A stretch of 63,704 nt of DNA, the filler included, from a bacterium (lineage in GTDB: Bacteria; JALSQH01): assembly GCA_026985515.1 (NCBI GenBank). It is 13 parts of 13 records of this genome, joined end to end, with 100 filler letters (N's around TTAATTAATTAA, not from the genome) between each part and the next. Parts side by side here need not be neighbours in the genome. Positions count along the whole stretch, not along the records: positions 13,595 to 24,423 come from JALSQH010000155.1; positions 24,524 to 27,174 come from JALSQH010000156.1; positions 27,275 to 29,862 come from JALSQH010000158.1; positions 29,963 to 33,110 come from JALSQH010000159.1; 9 more parts are not named here. One strand, 5' to 3'. Positions 21,073 to 31,145 of the stretch are shown here, piece by piece. The notes under the pieces were generated by a model. It did not search any database. It had not been told where the DNA came from and saw only the letters and a program-made list of their open reading frames with translations. A program made the translations under genes and the position numbers. Position 1 is the stretch's first letter, and the number at the start of each line of letters is the position of its first letter.

Positions 21073-22047
21073 ATGAAGAAGGACAGAGACGGGATCGAGA
21101 GAGTCTGGGTAAGAAGCGGTCTTCACTCCACCAGGGAGTGGGTGGAAATTGGTGTCATAACTCCACCTGAGATGGTTGAGGCAATCTGTGACTTCATGAT
21201 GGAAAATGGCTCTGTGGGAGTTTTGGTTGAAAGTGAAGATGCAAGATACCCTGATCACAGGTATTTTAACTGGACACTCGTAAAAGCCTTTTTCAAGTAT
21301 GATAAAGTTAAGGAAGTTGAAAGCAAATTTGATGAGTATTTAAAAAAACTCAAGGAATTGTTCCCATCCAGTGAGCCGCCTGTAGTAAGAAAGGGTCTTG
21401 TTGATAATGAATACTGGAATTTCAGATGGAAACGTTATTTTGAACCAGTCGAAATTTATGAAGATTTCGTAATTGCACCTGCCTGGTACGACAAGAAAAA
21501 TTTTAAAAGAAAAAATAAAACTGTTGTTCTGATTGATCCGGGGATGACATTTGGTACAGGGGTTCACCCCACTACAAAACTTGCCATAAAAGGCATAAGA
21601 AATGTATATGAACTGCTTGATAAAAGAAGGGTGATGAGAAAAAAGCTTCTTGATGTTGGTACAGGGTCAGGGGTTCTGGCAATATCTGCATCAAAATTTG
21701 GTTTTTATGAGGTGCTTGGCATTGATATTGATCCTGAAGCTGTAAAAGTATCGAGAAAGAATGTAGAGGTGAACAACTGTCAGCATAATACTTTCATTCT
21801 CCGTAGGGAAGTATCAGTAATAGATGAAGAGTTTGACTGTGTTGTGGCAAATATTGATACGAAGACTCTGATTTCAATGAAAAGGGAACTTTCCCGTGTC
21901 GTTAACAGGGGTGGGTATCTCGTTCTCTCCGGAATAAGATGGAACGAAGCTGCGGATATTAAGAGCGAATTTGTCACCCAGAGATTTGAGTTTTTGCAGG
22001 TTGAGTATGAACAGGGGTGGAGCGGGATGATCTTCCACAAAAGATAA
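21073..22047 (+). CDS. prmA: Ribosomal protein L11 methyltransferase
   Basis: IDPGMTFGTGVHPTT, LDVGTGSGVL, VANI, LSGI; adjacent to rsmE. Start uncertain. Confidence 0.9.
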   Translation: MKKDRDGIERVWVRSGLHSTREWVEIGVITPPEMVEAICDFMMENGSVGVLVESEDARYPDHRYFNWTLVKAFFKYDKVKEVESKFDEYLKKLKELFPSSEPPVVRKGLVDNEYWNFRWKRYFEPVEIYEDFVIAPAWYDKKNFKRKNKTVVLIDPGMTFGTGVHPTTKLAIKGIRNVYELLDKRRVMRKKLLDVGTGSGVLAISASKFGFYEVLGIDIDPEAVKVSRKNVEVNNCQHNTFILRREVSVIDEEFDCVVANIDTKTLISMKRELSRVVNRGGYLVLSGIRWNEAADIKSEFVTQRFEFLQVEYEQGWSGMIFHKR

Positions 22048-22757
22048 TGGCAAACTTCTATTTTGCTTCCCGATTGGAAAATGGAACTGCAATAATTCAG
22101 GATGATCTTCACCATATTGTAAGAGTAGCCCGCCACAGAGTGGGTGAAGAGATAGGTGTTCTTTTTCCCCCTGGAAGAGGAAGAGGGAAAATTATTTCCG
22201 TGGACTCAGCGTCTGTTGTGGTGAAATTATCTTTTTGGGAAGAATTTTCTTTTTCTCCTGTTAAGATTACCGTTGCTGTTCCACTTATAAAGGAAGAACC
22301 TTTGAAAGAGGTTGTGAGACACTCTGTGGAATTAGGTGTCTTTAAAATTCTTCTCCTTGAAACAGAAAGGTCAAGAAGGATTAAACATGTAAAAGTGGAA
22401 AAACTCAAAAAAATTGTTAAAGAAGCTGCAAAACAATCTGGCAATCCTCTTTTACCAGACATAGAAACGGCGGATTTGACCGGAGTATGTTTAAGGGGAA
22501 TTTTTATGGATCAGGGTGGAATGGATTTTTCAGAATACACTCCAGTGGAAGGTGAAAACTGCATTGTTGTTGGACCTGAGGGAGGATTGACGGAAATGGA
22601 AAAGGAATTGCTTGTTAAAAGAGGCTTTGTGGGAGTGAAATTTGGTGATATGATATTAAAGAGCGAAACTGCAGTGCTGGCAGGAGTAACTCTGGGAAAA
22701 TATTTATGGAAGAGCCATCATGAAAAAGTGTCCATACTGTGGTTTCAACAATCCTGA
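22047..22757 (+). CDS. rsmE: 16S rRNA m3U1498 methyltransferase
   Basis: HHIVRVAR, VELGV, EAAKQS, VGPEGGL, ILKSETA. TAATG coupling to prmA. Confidence 0.9.
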   Translation: MANFYFASRLENGTAIIQDDLHHIVRVARHRVGEEIGVLFPPGRGRGKIISVDSASVVVKLSFWEEFSFSPVKITVAVPLIKEEPLKEVVRHSVELGVFKILLLETERSRRIKHVKVEKLKKIVKEAAKQSGNPLLPDIETADLTGVCLRGIFMDQGGMDFSEYTPVEGENCIVVGPEGGLTEMEKELLVKRGFVGVKFGDMILKSETAVLAGVTLGKYLWKSHHEKVSILWFQQS

Positions 22758-23184
22758 TTCTGCCCTTGTGTGCCTGAATTGTGGAAGAAGTCTGGCAGGA
22801 GTAAAGGAGGATGATTTTGTTATATCCCCGGATGAAGATACAAGTTATATTCTTGGCAAGAGGGAGGAACTGATAAAAATTTCAAAGAGATCAAAATTGC
22901 CCTTTTTTGTGGATTTTTTTATGCTGCTTTTAATTTGGCTTTTTGTTTTTGGCATTTTGCTATTTCTCTCTTTTACCACATTACTTGCAATGGTTATTGC
23001 AGGTGTTTTTACGACACTCTTTTTTCTATTTGTGGAGTTTGTTCTTCTGTTCTCGGGGGAAGGAACATTTGGAGAAATTCTCGTTAAAAAAGAAGTAGGT
23101 GACAGGAAAAAAATAATTCTTTTTCTTATGCTTACTGGTTTTATACCTCTATTTGTTGCCGCCGTTATTCTCTTTTTAAAGTAA
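22720..23184 (+). CDS. Zinc-ribbon membrane protein
   Basis: CPYC...CLNCG followed by about 3 TM helices. Confidence 0.7.
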   Translation: MKKCPYCGFNNPDSALVCLNCGRSLAGVKEDDFVISPDEDTSYILGKREELIKISKRSKLPFFVDFFMLLLIWLFVFGILLFLSFTTLLAMVIAGVFTTLFFLFVEFVLLFSGEGTFGEILVKKEVGDRKKIILFLMLTGFIPLFVAAVILFLK

Positions 23185-24108
23185 GTTTTTTAAACTCTCC
23201 CTCAGAATTTTCCATGAAGGACCGTTAAACCCTTCTATCAGGGCCATGGTTAAAAAGACCCCTGCACCTGCCAGGAACTGTGCAAGAATGGCATAAAGAA
23301 TAAGGATCCAGTACCTGCGCAAACTTTTTTTTCTTTTCTGGTAGTGGAGAAAGAAGAGAGCGTAAAAGAAAACTGCATAGAACCACGATACAAAATTTAT
23401 AATGGGTACCCCCATGAATTGTAGTTCATTTTTCAAAAGATGATTCCACTGCCAGAACTGAATATGGGGGGAACTTGCAACAGGATCAATGCTCATATCC
23501 CAGAAGAGAGCTATTAAAGAGATTGTAAAAGCACCACCAGTAAGAGTTTTAAAGGGGGCAAAATTGATTTTCCTTATTTTTTCAAACATGAAGTAGGATG
23601 TGTAAAAAACTGCGCTCCATCCAATCATAGTTACAAGGGGAGCTCTCAGTGGAGGAATATAAATGTGGAAATTTTTCTCGAAGAAGAAGTTTAAAATTAT
23701 GCCACTGTTTTCAAGGGAAAAACCATACAGAAGTGTAATGATGAAGAATTCGATTACACCTTCTTTTCCGTAGAATTTAAAAGCATGTATGAAAAGAAGA
23801 ATCCAGAAGATAAAGTTACTTATTTCGTAAATCCATTTTATTTCTGATATTGTGAGGGGAAGGGGAGGAACCAGTTTCTCTATTAATCCCCAGATGATCA
23901 GAGCAATCAGGATGTTTATCAGGGGATAATACTTGTCGTTTCTATCTTTACCCTCTTTCATAATATAGAGGACAAAAAATGCAAGGGGGAAGATGAAAAG
24001 GGCACTGGAATATTCGTTTTCCGGGATCCTTGTCTTTGCATAGAATTGGAAAAAATAGAATGAAATCACATAAAACCAAACGGGAAAATTTTTCCAGATG
24101 TTACCCAT
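23176..24108 (-). CDS. Carotenoid biosynthesis (CruF/DUF422-like) membrane protein with extra N-terminal TM helices
   Basis: ENSG, APLVTMIGW, WDMSIDP, FWQW, GVPIINFVSW motifs; AAGGAG RBS before ATG 24108. Confidence 0.65.
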   Translation of the reverse strand: MGNIWKNFPVWFYVISFYFFQFYAKTRIPENEYSSALFIFPLAFFVLYIMKEGKDRNDKYYPLINILIALIIWGLIEKLVPPLPLTISEIKWIYEISNFIFWILLFIHAFKFYGKEGVIEFFIITLLYGFSLENSGIILNFFFEKNFHIYIPPLRAPLVTMIGWSAVFYTSYFMFEKIRKINFAPFKTLTGGAFTISLIALFWDMSIDPVASSPHIQFWQWNHLLKNELQFMGVPIINFVSWFYAVFFYALFFLHYQKRKKSLRRYWILILYAILAQFLAGAGVFLTMALIEGFNGPSWKILRESLKNLL

Positions 24109-24250
24109 TGTTTGCTCCTTTTTGAAGGTTAATTTTAGCATAAACCGGGACAGAATTCAGGGAAACCTGAATTAAAATTCATGAAGGGGAGGAATACCCC
24201 CTTTCGGAAAGGTGACGAATTGACGTCCTGTGGGTTTGTTCATTTCCTAT

Positions 24251-24423
24251 CCCCCCTTCCGACCTTCTGTCCCTCCGTTAAGTGTGACTCCGTGGGGTAG
24301 TTTCACTTGAATAAACCGCTTTCACAGCCGACCCGATGGGAGGCTCCGCAAGAAGGATGTCTTCCTCTGCGGGCATTCCACGATTGCTCCGCCTTTACCC
24401 CATCGTGTCTGTCTCCGTCACAA
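24251..24423. repeat. Partial copy of the ~222-bp structured repeat, truncated by contig end
   Basis: 24271-24423 aligns to 40494-40646 with 12 substitutions in 153 nt. Confidence 0.95.
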
Positions 24424-24523
24424 NNNNNNNNNNNNNNNNNNNNNNNNNNNNNNNNNNNNNNNNNNNNTTAATTAATTAANNNNNNNNNNNNNNNNNNNNN
24501 NNNNNNNNNNNNNNNNNNNNNNN

Positions 24524-25819
24524 GATGAGTTTTGAGCCATCAATTCTTATCATTTTCACAACATTTCTGCCAGCAAATTTCTTTATGTTCGTATTGAGGA
24601 AATCCATCAGTTTTTCTTTCATCTTTTCATCTTTAATCGGGAAGTTGATTCTCTCTGTGTAAAATCTTCCAACTTTTTGAAAAAGGTCCTCAATTTGCTC
24701 TTTCAGGGTTTTGCCTCTCCTTGCAACCATTTCCGCCACCAAAAGATCAGCCAGAATCCCATCCTTTTCCGGGATATGTCCTTTAATGCTAAGACCGGCG
24801 CTTTCCTCACCGATGACAGCCACATTCCCCCTCAGGAGAATGTCACCAAGATATTTAAAACCCACTGGGGTTTCGTAAGCTTTCTGTTTGTGAAGTCTTG
24901 CAACTGCGTCCACAATGTGTGAAGTTGCGACTGATCTTGCCACGCCGCCTTTTATGTTTTTCTCTGTGTAAATATAGTCATATACAAGTGCAATAATAAA
25001 ATTTGGCTTTATGTACTCTCCACTCTTATCCAGTATTCCAAACCTGTCTGCGTCTCCATCGGTGGCAAGAGCAAGATCAAATTTCTCCTTTTTGAGAATC
25101 TTAACAGTTTCCCTGAGATTTTCCTCAGATGGATCAGGTGCCCTTCCATCAAAGAGTGGATCCAGGTTACTGTTTATGGTTTTAACTTCAATGTCAAACT
25201 CTTTTAAAAGTGCATCCAGATATTCCCTTCCCGTACCATGCATCGGGTTGTAGAGTATTTTGAGACCGGATTCTTTGATGATTTTGAAGTCGATTATATC
25301 GGCAATATGTTCAAAATACTGGGGTTTTGGGTCAAAAAACTCAACGATACCCGATTTTAAGAGGGAAGAAAGTTCCTGATATTTACATCTTTCCTTGTCA
25401 CTTTTTCTCAATTCCTCAATTCTTGCTTCAATCCATCTTGTTGTTTCTGGAAGTGCAGGCCCACCCCATTCAGGTGAGAATTTGAAACCTGCATATTTTG
25501 GAGGGTTATGGCTTGCAGTGATGTTTATTCCTCCTGCCCTTTTGTTTTTCACAATGTCGTATGCAATCACAGGGGTTGGTGTATCTCTGTTACAGAGGTA
25601 AACTTTTATTCCATTTGCTCCCATCACCGAGGCTACTTCTTTTGCAAAGTCTTCAGCCAGAAACCTTGTATCATATCCCACAATTACTCCCTGATCCTCA
25701 AGATGTTTATCTTTTATGTAGTTTGCCACAGCCTGTGCTACAAGGCGTACATTTTCAAAGGTGAAATTATCAGCAATTATGTCACGCCAGCCAGAAGTAC
25801 CAAATTTAATTTTTTTCAT
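24524..25819 (-). CDS. Phosphoglucomutase/phosphomannomutase, 3' truncated
   Basis: FGTSGWR, ITASHNP, DGDADR, GEESAG, EKDG. Confidence 0.92.
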
Positions 25820-25965
25820 TTTTCCTCTCCAGTTTTTTGATTAATTTTACGATATGAGGCGGGTAAAAGCAATTGAAGATGAAAAAGTTTCCCTCTTTGA
25901 TAACTATTGACAATTCCTGATTTTTCAATCATCATATAGTTGGTAAGTTTGTCTGGGAGGTTAAA

Positions 25966-27174
25966 ATGGGTCTTGCTTTACAAAATTTGATCTCTGTTAA
26001 TTCACGGGTTAATTTTTTATTCAGATTTATTGCCGTCAATTTCAACACGAGACCTTCTTTGAAAAAATGGCTCCGGACAGATTTTGGCTTTCTCAATTTC
26101 TCAGTATCAATCTACTCTGAAGATGGAAAGGTAAGGCAGAGTATTCTATTCAAAGACGGAAAGGTAAAGGTAACAGGGGAGGAGCTTGATAATCCTGATG
26201 TAAAATTCATTGCTATAGATGAGAATGCAGTGTGGGATATGATGATTCTTCCCCCAAATGAGACCCTGAATATGCTTTTAAAGGGGAGGTTAAGAATTGA
26301 GGGAAATCTCACCTATGCAACTCTTTTCAATTTCTTGATTTCACTGGTCCTCTTCAAAAAACAGATAAAGATGATGGAAAGGGAAAAGGAGAAACACAGG
26401 ATAAAAGAGAAGGTATCCCTTTCTGATGAGAGCAAAAATATTGAGAGGAACAGAAAGATAAAACACAGATTGAAGGGAAAGAGGGAGGATGGGGTTAAAT
26501 TTCTTGATGATCCTTTTCTTTCGGAGTATTCAATTGATGATTTCCCACGGTTGAAGAAGTTTCTTGATGTCCATTTCAACACAAAACCAGAAATTTGTCC
26601 GGAAAGGCCTCTGCTGTTAACTCAGTGGTATGTGGAAAATGGATTTGAAAGGGATAGGGATGGGAAGGAATGGGTGCCAGAATTGAGACAGGCCTATGCC
26701 TTCCGGTACCTTATGGAGAATAAAAAGCCCATTATTCATGAGGATTCACTCCTGGGAGGGAGCACCACGACGAAAAAAATCGGTGTGGTGATTTATCCAG
26801 ACGCTCATGGAACCCTGATCTGGGGAGAGCTGAAGACAATACCATACAGAGAGCTGAATCCTTACAATGTGGATGAGGAAACCGTAGAGATTCTCCACAA
26901 TAAAGTCTTTCCGTTCTGGATACACAGAAATTTTAGAGAGTGGGTGAGGGAAAAGTATAACTATCCTCTGTCTCAGAAGATTGATGAGAGGTTTGCAGCA
27001 TATTTTATGTGGAAAACTGTGGCTCTGTCCCATACAATTCCTGATTTCCCATCAGTTTTAAAAAAGGGAATGAGGGGGATCATAGAGGAAATTGAGGAAG
27101 AAATTTCGCATACAGAGGATGAATCAAAGATTAACACTTTGAAGGCGATGCAGATTGCCCTTGAGGGCGTGATT
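25966..27174 (+). CDS. Glycyl radical enzyme (PFL-like family) with N-terminal SCP2-like domain, 3' truncated
   Basis: N-terminus DGKVKV...PDVKF...MLLKGRLRIEGNL (SCP2-like); then PEICPERPLLLT, LRQAYAF, IIHEDSLLGG, SHTIPDFPSVLKKGMRGII (GRE barrel). Confidence 0.75.
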
Positions 27175-27274
27175 NNNNNNNNNNNNNNNNNNNNNNNNNN
27201 NNNNNNNNNNNNNNNNNNTTAATTAATTAANNNNNNNNNNNNNNNNNNNNNNNNNNNNNNNNNNNNNNNNNNNN

Positions 27275-27848
27275 AGGTGCATCCACAGGAGGACCACAGG
27301 CACTTCAGTATCTCATCCCTTCATTGCCCTTCGGTTACCCCTATCCAATTGTAATTATTCAGCACATACCGAGATACTTTTCCAGATCACTTGCAGAGAG
27401 ACTGAACTCATTTTCTAAATTGCATGTCGTTGAGACCTCTGATGGAATGGTACTTCTTAAGGGAAGAGTGTATGTTGCTCAGTCTGGTGTTCATCTTCTC
27501 TTTGGCAGGAAGGACTCCCGCTACTATATTATTCATTCACAGTATCCTGAGGATACTTTTCATAAACCCTCCATTGATGTGACCTTCAGAAGTGCAGTTA
27601 AGATCTTTGGAAAGAAGAGTGTCGGGATTCTTTTAACCGGCATGGGGAAAGATGGAGCTGAGGGATTGAGGGAGATAAGGGAGGCAGGAGGAATAACAGT
27701 GGCGGAATCTTCCGAAACTGCCATAATATATGGAATGCCAAAGGTTGCTGTTGAAATAGATGCTGCAGAGAAGGTTTTGCCTCTCTACGAAATAAAGGAG
27801 TTTTTACTCCATTTACCTGATGAGCACAAAAGAACTTCAGATCAGTGA
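27275..27848 (+). CDS. cheB: Chemotaxis methylesterase, 5' truncated
   Basis: GASTGGPQAL at contig start, IQHIP, HKPSIDV, LTGMGKDGA, YGMPK. Confidence 0.92.
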
Positions 27849-28470
27849 GATTTTTTACTCCATTCAGGGAGAGGGAAAATTCACAGGTTTTCCATCTCAC
27901 TTTGTGAGAGTAAGTGGATGTAATCTCAGGTGTGCCTATTGTGATACAAAATACAGCTGGAGCGGAGGAGAAGTTTATAGTTTTGAGAGGATTTTTAATA
28001 TGTTGAGTGGTTTTCCACCCACTCCCATAATTACCCTCACCGGAGGGGAACCCCTTCTACAGGAAAAATCCATTGAATTCCTCAAAGAATGCGGTGATAG
28101 GTACAGAATCGTGATACTTGAGACAAATGGTTCAATTTCAATAAAAGGGATACCGGAATTTGTTCACATTTCCCTTGATCTGAAACCACCCTCTTCAGGT
28201 TTCTCTCACATGATGGTGTGGGAAAACCTTGATTATCTGAAAGAAAGAGACGAAGTCAGGATCCTGATTGCCAGCAGAGAAGATTTTGACTGGGCGATGG
28301 AGATAAATGAAAGATACGAAATTGGAAAAAAATTCTTTTTTTCTCTCACCCCTGTTTATGGAATTTTATCTCCTCAGGTTCTTGCCCAATGGATTCTGGA
28401 AAGGGGTGGAAAGATTCGCATAAATCTTCAGTTACATAAGATTATCTGGGGAAATTCGAAAGGAAGGTAG
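27820..28470 (+). CDS. queE: 7-carboxy-7-deazaguanine synthase (radical SAM)
   Basis: EIFYSIQGEG, CNLRCAYCDT, TGGEPL, ETNG, QLHKIIW. Confidence 0.92.
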   Translation: MSTKELQISEIFYSIQGEGKFTGFPSHFVRVSGCNLRCAYCDTKYSWSGGEVYSFERIFNMLSGFPPTPIITLTGGEPLLQEKSIEFLKECGDRYRIVILETNGSISIKGIPEFVHISLDLKPPSSGFSHMMVWENLDYLKERDEVRILIASREDFDWAMEINERYEIGKKFFFSLTPVYGILSPQVLAQWILERGGKIRINLQLHKIIWGNSKGR

Positions 28471-28474
28471 AAAA

Positions 28475-29674
28475 TTGAGAGTAAAGATTGAGAAGGTGGT
28501 ATTTCCCGGTGTGGGACTTGTAAAAAGTAACGGTAAAGCTATTTTTGTTGAAGGTGGTGTTGTACCTGGAGACATCGTTAACGTCAGGACAGTCAAAGAA
28601 TCTCGAGATTATTTGAAAACTGCTGTTACAGGTTTTGTGAGGTTTTCAGAGCACCGTGAGAAGTATTTTTGCAGGTATGGAGGAAAATGCGGCGGATGTT
28701 TGTGGATGGGTGTGAATTACGATTTTCAACTTCAGATTAAAAAGAGTATGTTAAAGGATCTTTTTTTAAGAAACGCTGGAATTGAAATTGATGATATTGA
28801 TCTGGTACCGTCCACTCCCCCCTACCCTTACAGGTTAAGGGCAAGATTTAAAATTGAGAATGGAAAAATAGGCTTTTACAAAAGAAATTCCCATGAGCTT
28901 GTTGAGATAAAGAATTGTCCTGTCTGTCTGGATGGAATTAACAGGGGAATAGAATACCTTAGCGGGAAAATAAAACAGTACCGATCCCATTTCCCTTCAT
29001 TCCTGGAGGTGGAAATAAGGTACAGTCCCTTTGAAGATTCCATTCTTTTCAGACCTGCAGGCAAGATTTCGAAAAAGCTGAAAAACATTTTTCTTTATGA
29101 TATAAACAGAGAAAGAGAGTTTCAAAATTTTAAGTTTGGTGATAATACTTACCATCTCTCCATCAATACATTCACCCAGATAAATCCCTTCCAGAATGAA
29201 AAAGTTATTGCAAGAATCAAAGAATTTGTCATGCAAAAGAAGCTTTCAAAGGTTATTGATCTTTACGGCGGATTTGGTAATTTATCTCTCCCACTGGAAG
29301 AGTTTGTTGAGCAGATCACAGTTGTTGAGGAAAACTCATACGCTGTGGAGGATGGCAGATATTTTGTATCAGTTAATGGAATTGAAAGTAAGGTTAAATT
29401 CGTAAACGACAGAGTGGAAAATTTTATGAATGAACCGGAGAGAGGAGATCTTCTTATTCTCGATCCACCCCGAAAAGGTGCTAAGGAAGTTATGAATAAT
29501 ATTGAAAAGATATCTCCCCACTGGATTATCTACCTTTCCTGTAACCCGGCCACCCTCACAAGGGATGTAAAAATTGCCACTAAAAAAGGATATAAAATAT
29601 CCGATATAATTCTTTTTGATTTTTTCCCCTATACCCCTGAAATAGAAACGATGGTTTTTATGGAAAAGGGCTAA
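28475..29674 (+). CDS. rlmD: 23S rRNA m5U methyltransferase (RlmD/TrmA family)
   Basis: TRAM domain, C..CGGC..C cluster, FTQIN, LDPPRKG, YLSCNPATLTRD. Confidence 0.85.
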   Translation: MRVKIEKVVFPGVGLVKSNGKAIFVEGGVVPGDIVNVRTVKESRDYLKTAVTGFVRFSEHREKYFCRYGGKCGGCLWMGVNYDFQLQIKKSMLKDLFLRNAGIEIDDIDLVPSTPPYPYRLRARFKIENGKIGFYKRNSHELVEIKNCPVCLDGINRGIEYLSGKIKQYRSHFPSFLEVEIRYSPFEDSILFRPAGKISKKLKNIFLYDINREREFQNFKFGDNTYHLSINTFTQINPFQNEKVIARIKEFVMQKKLSKVIDLYGGFGNLSLPLEEFVEQITVVEENSYAVEDGRYFVSVNGIESKVKFVNDRVENFMNEPERGDLLILDPPRKGAKEVMNNIEKISPHWIIYLSCNPATLTRDVKIATKKGYKISDIILFDFFPYTPEIETMVFMEKG

Positions 29675-29862
29675 AGTCCTTCCAGGAAGTATTTAATCAT
29701 CATAGATTGTTGCTTAACATCAACAAGAAATGAATCATGACCGTGGTCAGATTGTATTTCACTGAAGGAAACTTCCACTCCAAGAGCCTGAAGCGTTCTT
29801 ACAATTTCTTTTGACTGGTATGTGGGAAAGAGCCAGTCACTGCTGAAGGATATAACAAGAGC
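29671..29862 (-). CDS. metX: Homoserine O-acetyltransferase, C-terminal fragment
   Basis: Not in ORF track. Reads ALVISFSSDWLFPTYQSKEIV...IQSDHGHDSFLV...EGL*, with catalytic Asp and His motifs. Confidence 0.85.
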   Translation of the reverse strand, partial: ALVISFSSDWLFPTYQSKEIVRTLQALGVEVSFSEIQSDHGHDSFLVDVKQQSMMIKYFLEGL

Positions 29863-29964
29863 NNNNNNNNNNNNNNNNNNNNNNNNNNNNNNNNNNNNNN
29901 NNNNNNTTAATTAATTAANNNNNNNNNNNNNNNNNNNNNNNNNNNNNNNNNNNNNNNNNNNNAA

Positions 29965-31071
29965 AAGGAAGTAACAGAAATAATCGCACAGGATGAGGAT
30001 ACAGAAGCAATTCTGGACCAGTTGAGGAGATACAAAAATGGAGAGATTTTGAGGATCGGGATCCATGATATTGGAGGTAAACTGAACATTTTTAAAGTAA
30101 CAGAACAACTCTCTGATCTGGCAGAAGTGATTGTTAAGACAATTCTGAAAATTGTTTATGAAGAATTAAAAGTAAAATATGGAACTCCTGTTGGAGGAAA
30201 TGGTGAAAAATCAAGGCTCTACACAATTGCCATGGGGAAATTGGGAGGAAGGGAGATAAACTACCACTCAGACCTTGACCTCATTTTTGTCTACACCCTC
30301 AACGGCGAGACAACCGGGCCAAAGAAAATATCAAACATAGAATTTTACACAAAAATGATCCAGAAATTCATAACTTATCTCAGTGTTCCCACAAAAGAAG
30401 GGAAACTGTATGAAATAGATATGCGACTTAGACCCAGTGGAAAAGCAGGCCCACTGGTTACCTCCTTTAACTCTTTCAGAGAGTATCATTCACGTGAATC
30501 TGCCATATGGGAAAAGCTTGCTCTCACCCGTGCAAGGGTTCTTGAAAAAGATAATTATGGAATGGAACTGGAGAGGATAATTCAAAAATCCCTTCTGAAG
30601 CAGAAAATTGGACAACCTGAAAGGGAAGAAATAGCACGCATAAGAAAAAGAATGGAAGATGAACTGGTGAAAAACAAATATGAGTTCAAATACTCTCCCG
30701 GTGGACTGGTGGACATTGAGTTTATAACCCAGTACCTGATGCTCGCATACTCAGGTAAACATCCTGATTTGCTGACCCAGAACACATGAGATGCAATTGT
30801 GAAAATTGAAAAACATGGTTTATTGCCATATGGAGATATCTCCATATTAAAAAAAGCCTACATTTTCTACCGAATACTGGAAAACAGGCTCAGGCTCACA
30901 AAGGACCACTCCTCAGATGCTCTGCCAGATTCAAGGGAGGAGATTGAAAAAATAGCAATGAAAATGGGATTTAAAGGAAAAAAAGCTGGACAAAAGATGC
31001 TGATCTTACTGGAAAAATTCACAAAAAATGTTCGAAAAATATATTCAAATCTCATATCAAAAATGGATTAA
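29965..31071 (+). pseudogene. glnE: Glutamine synthetase adenylyltransferase C-terminal part, 5' truncated, with in-frame TGA at 30787-30789
   Basis: MGKLGGREINYHSDLDL, IDMRLRPSG, WEKLALTRAR, GGLVDIEF. Both ORF pieces are in the same frame. Confidence 0.85.
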
Positions 31072-31145
31072 ATCCTGATGTATTGCAATTTTAAAGATTT
31101 TGTGCTAAATATAACTTCAAGGTTTTCCGGGGCAGGAGCAGGAAA

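Noticed and set aside
25908-25929. TTGACAATT...TTTTCAA upstream of the glycyl radical gene as a third operator copy
   Set aside because: Spacing and right half-site do not match TTGACAT-N2-ATGTCAA; probably just a -35 box.
30787-30789. Alternative genetic code (TGA = Trp or Gly)
   Set aside because: Many conserved genes end correctly at TGA; only one internal TGA was seen.
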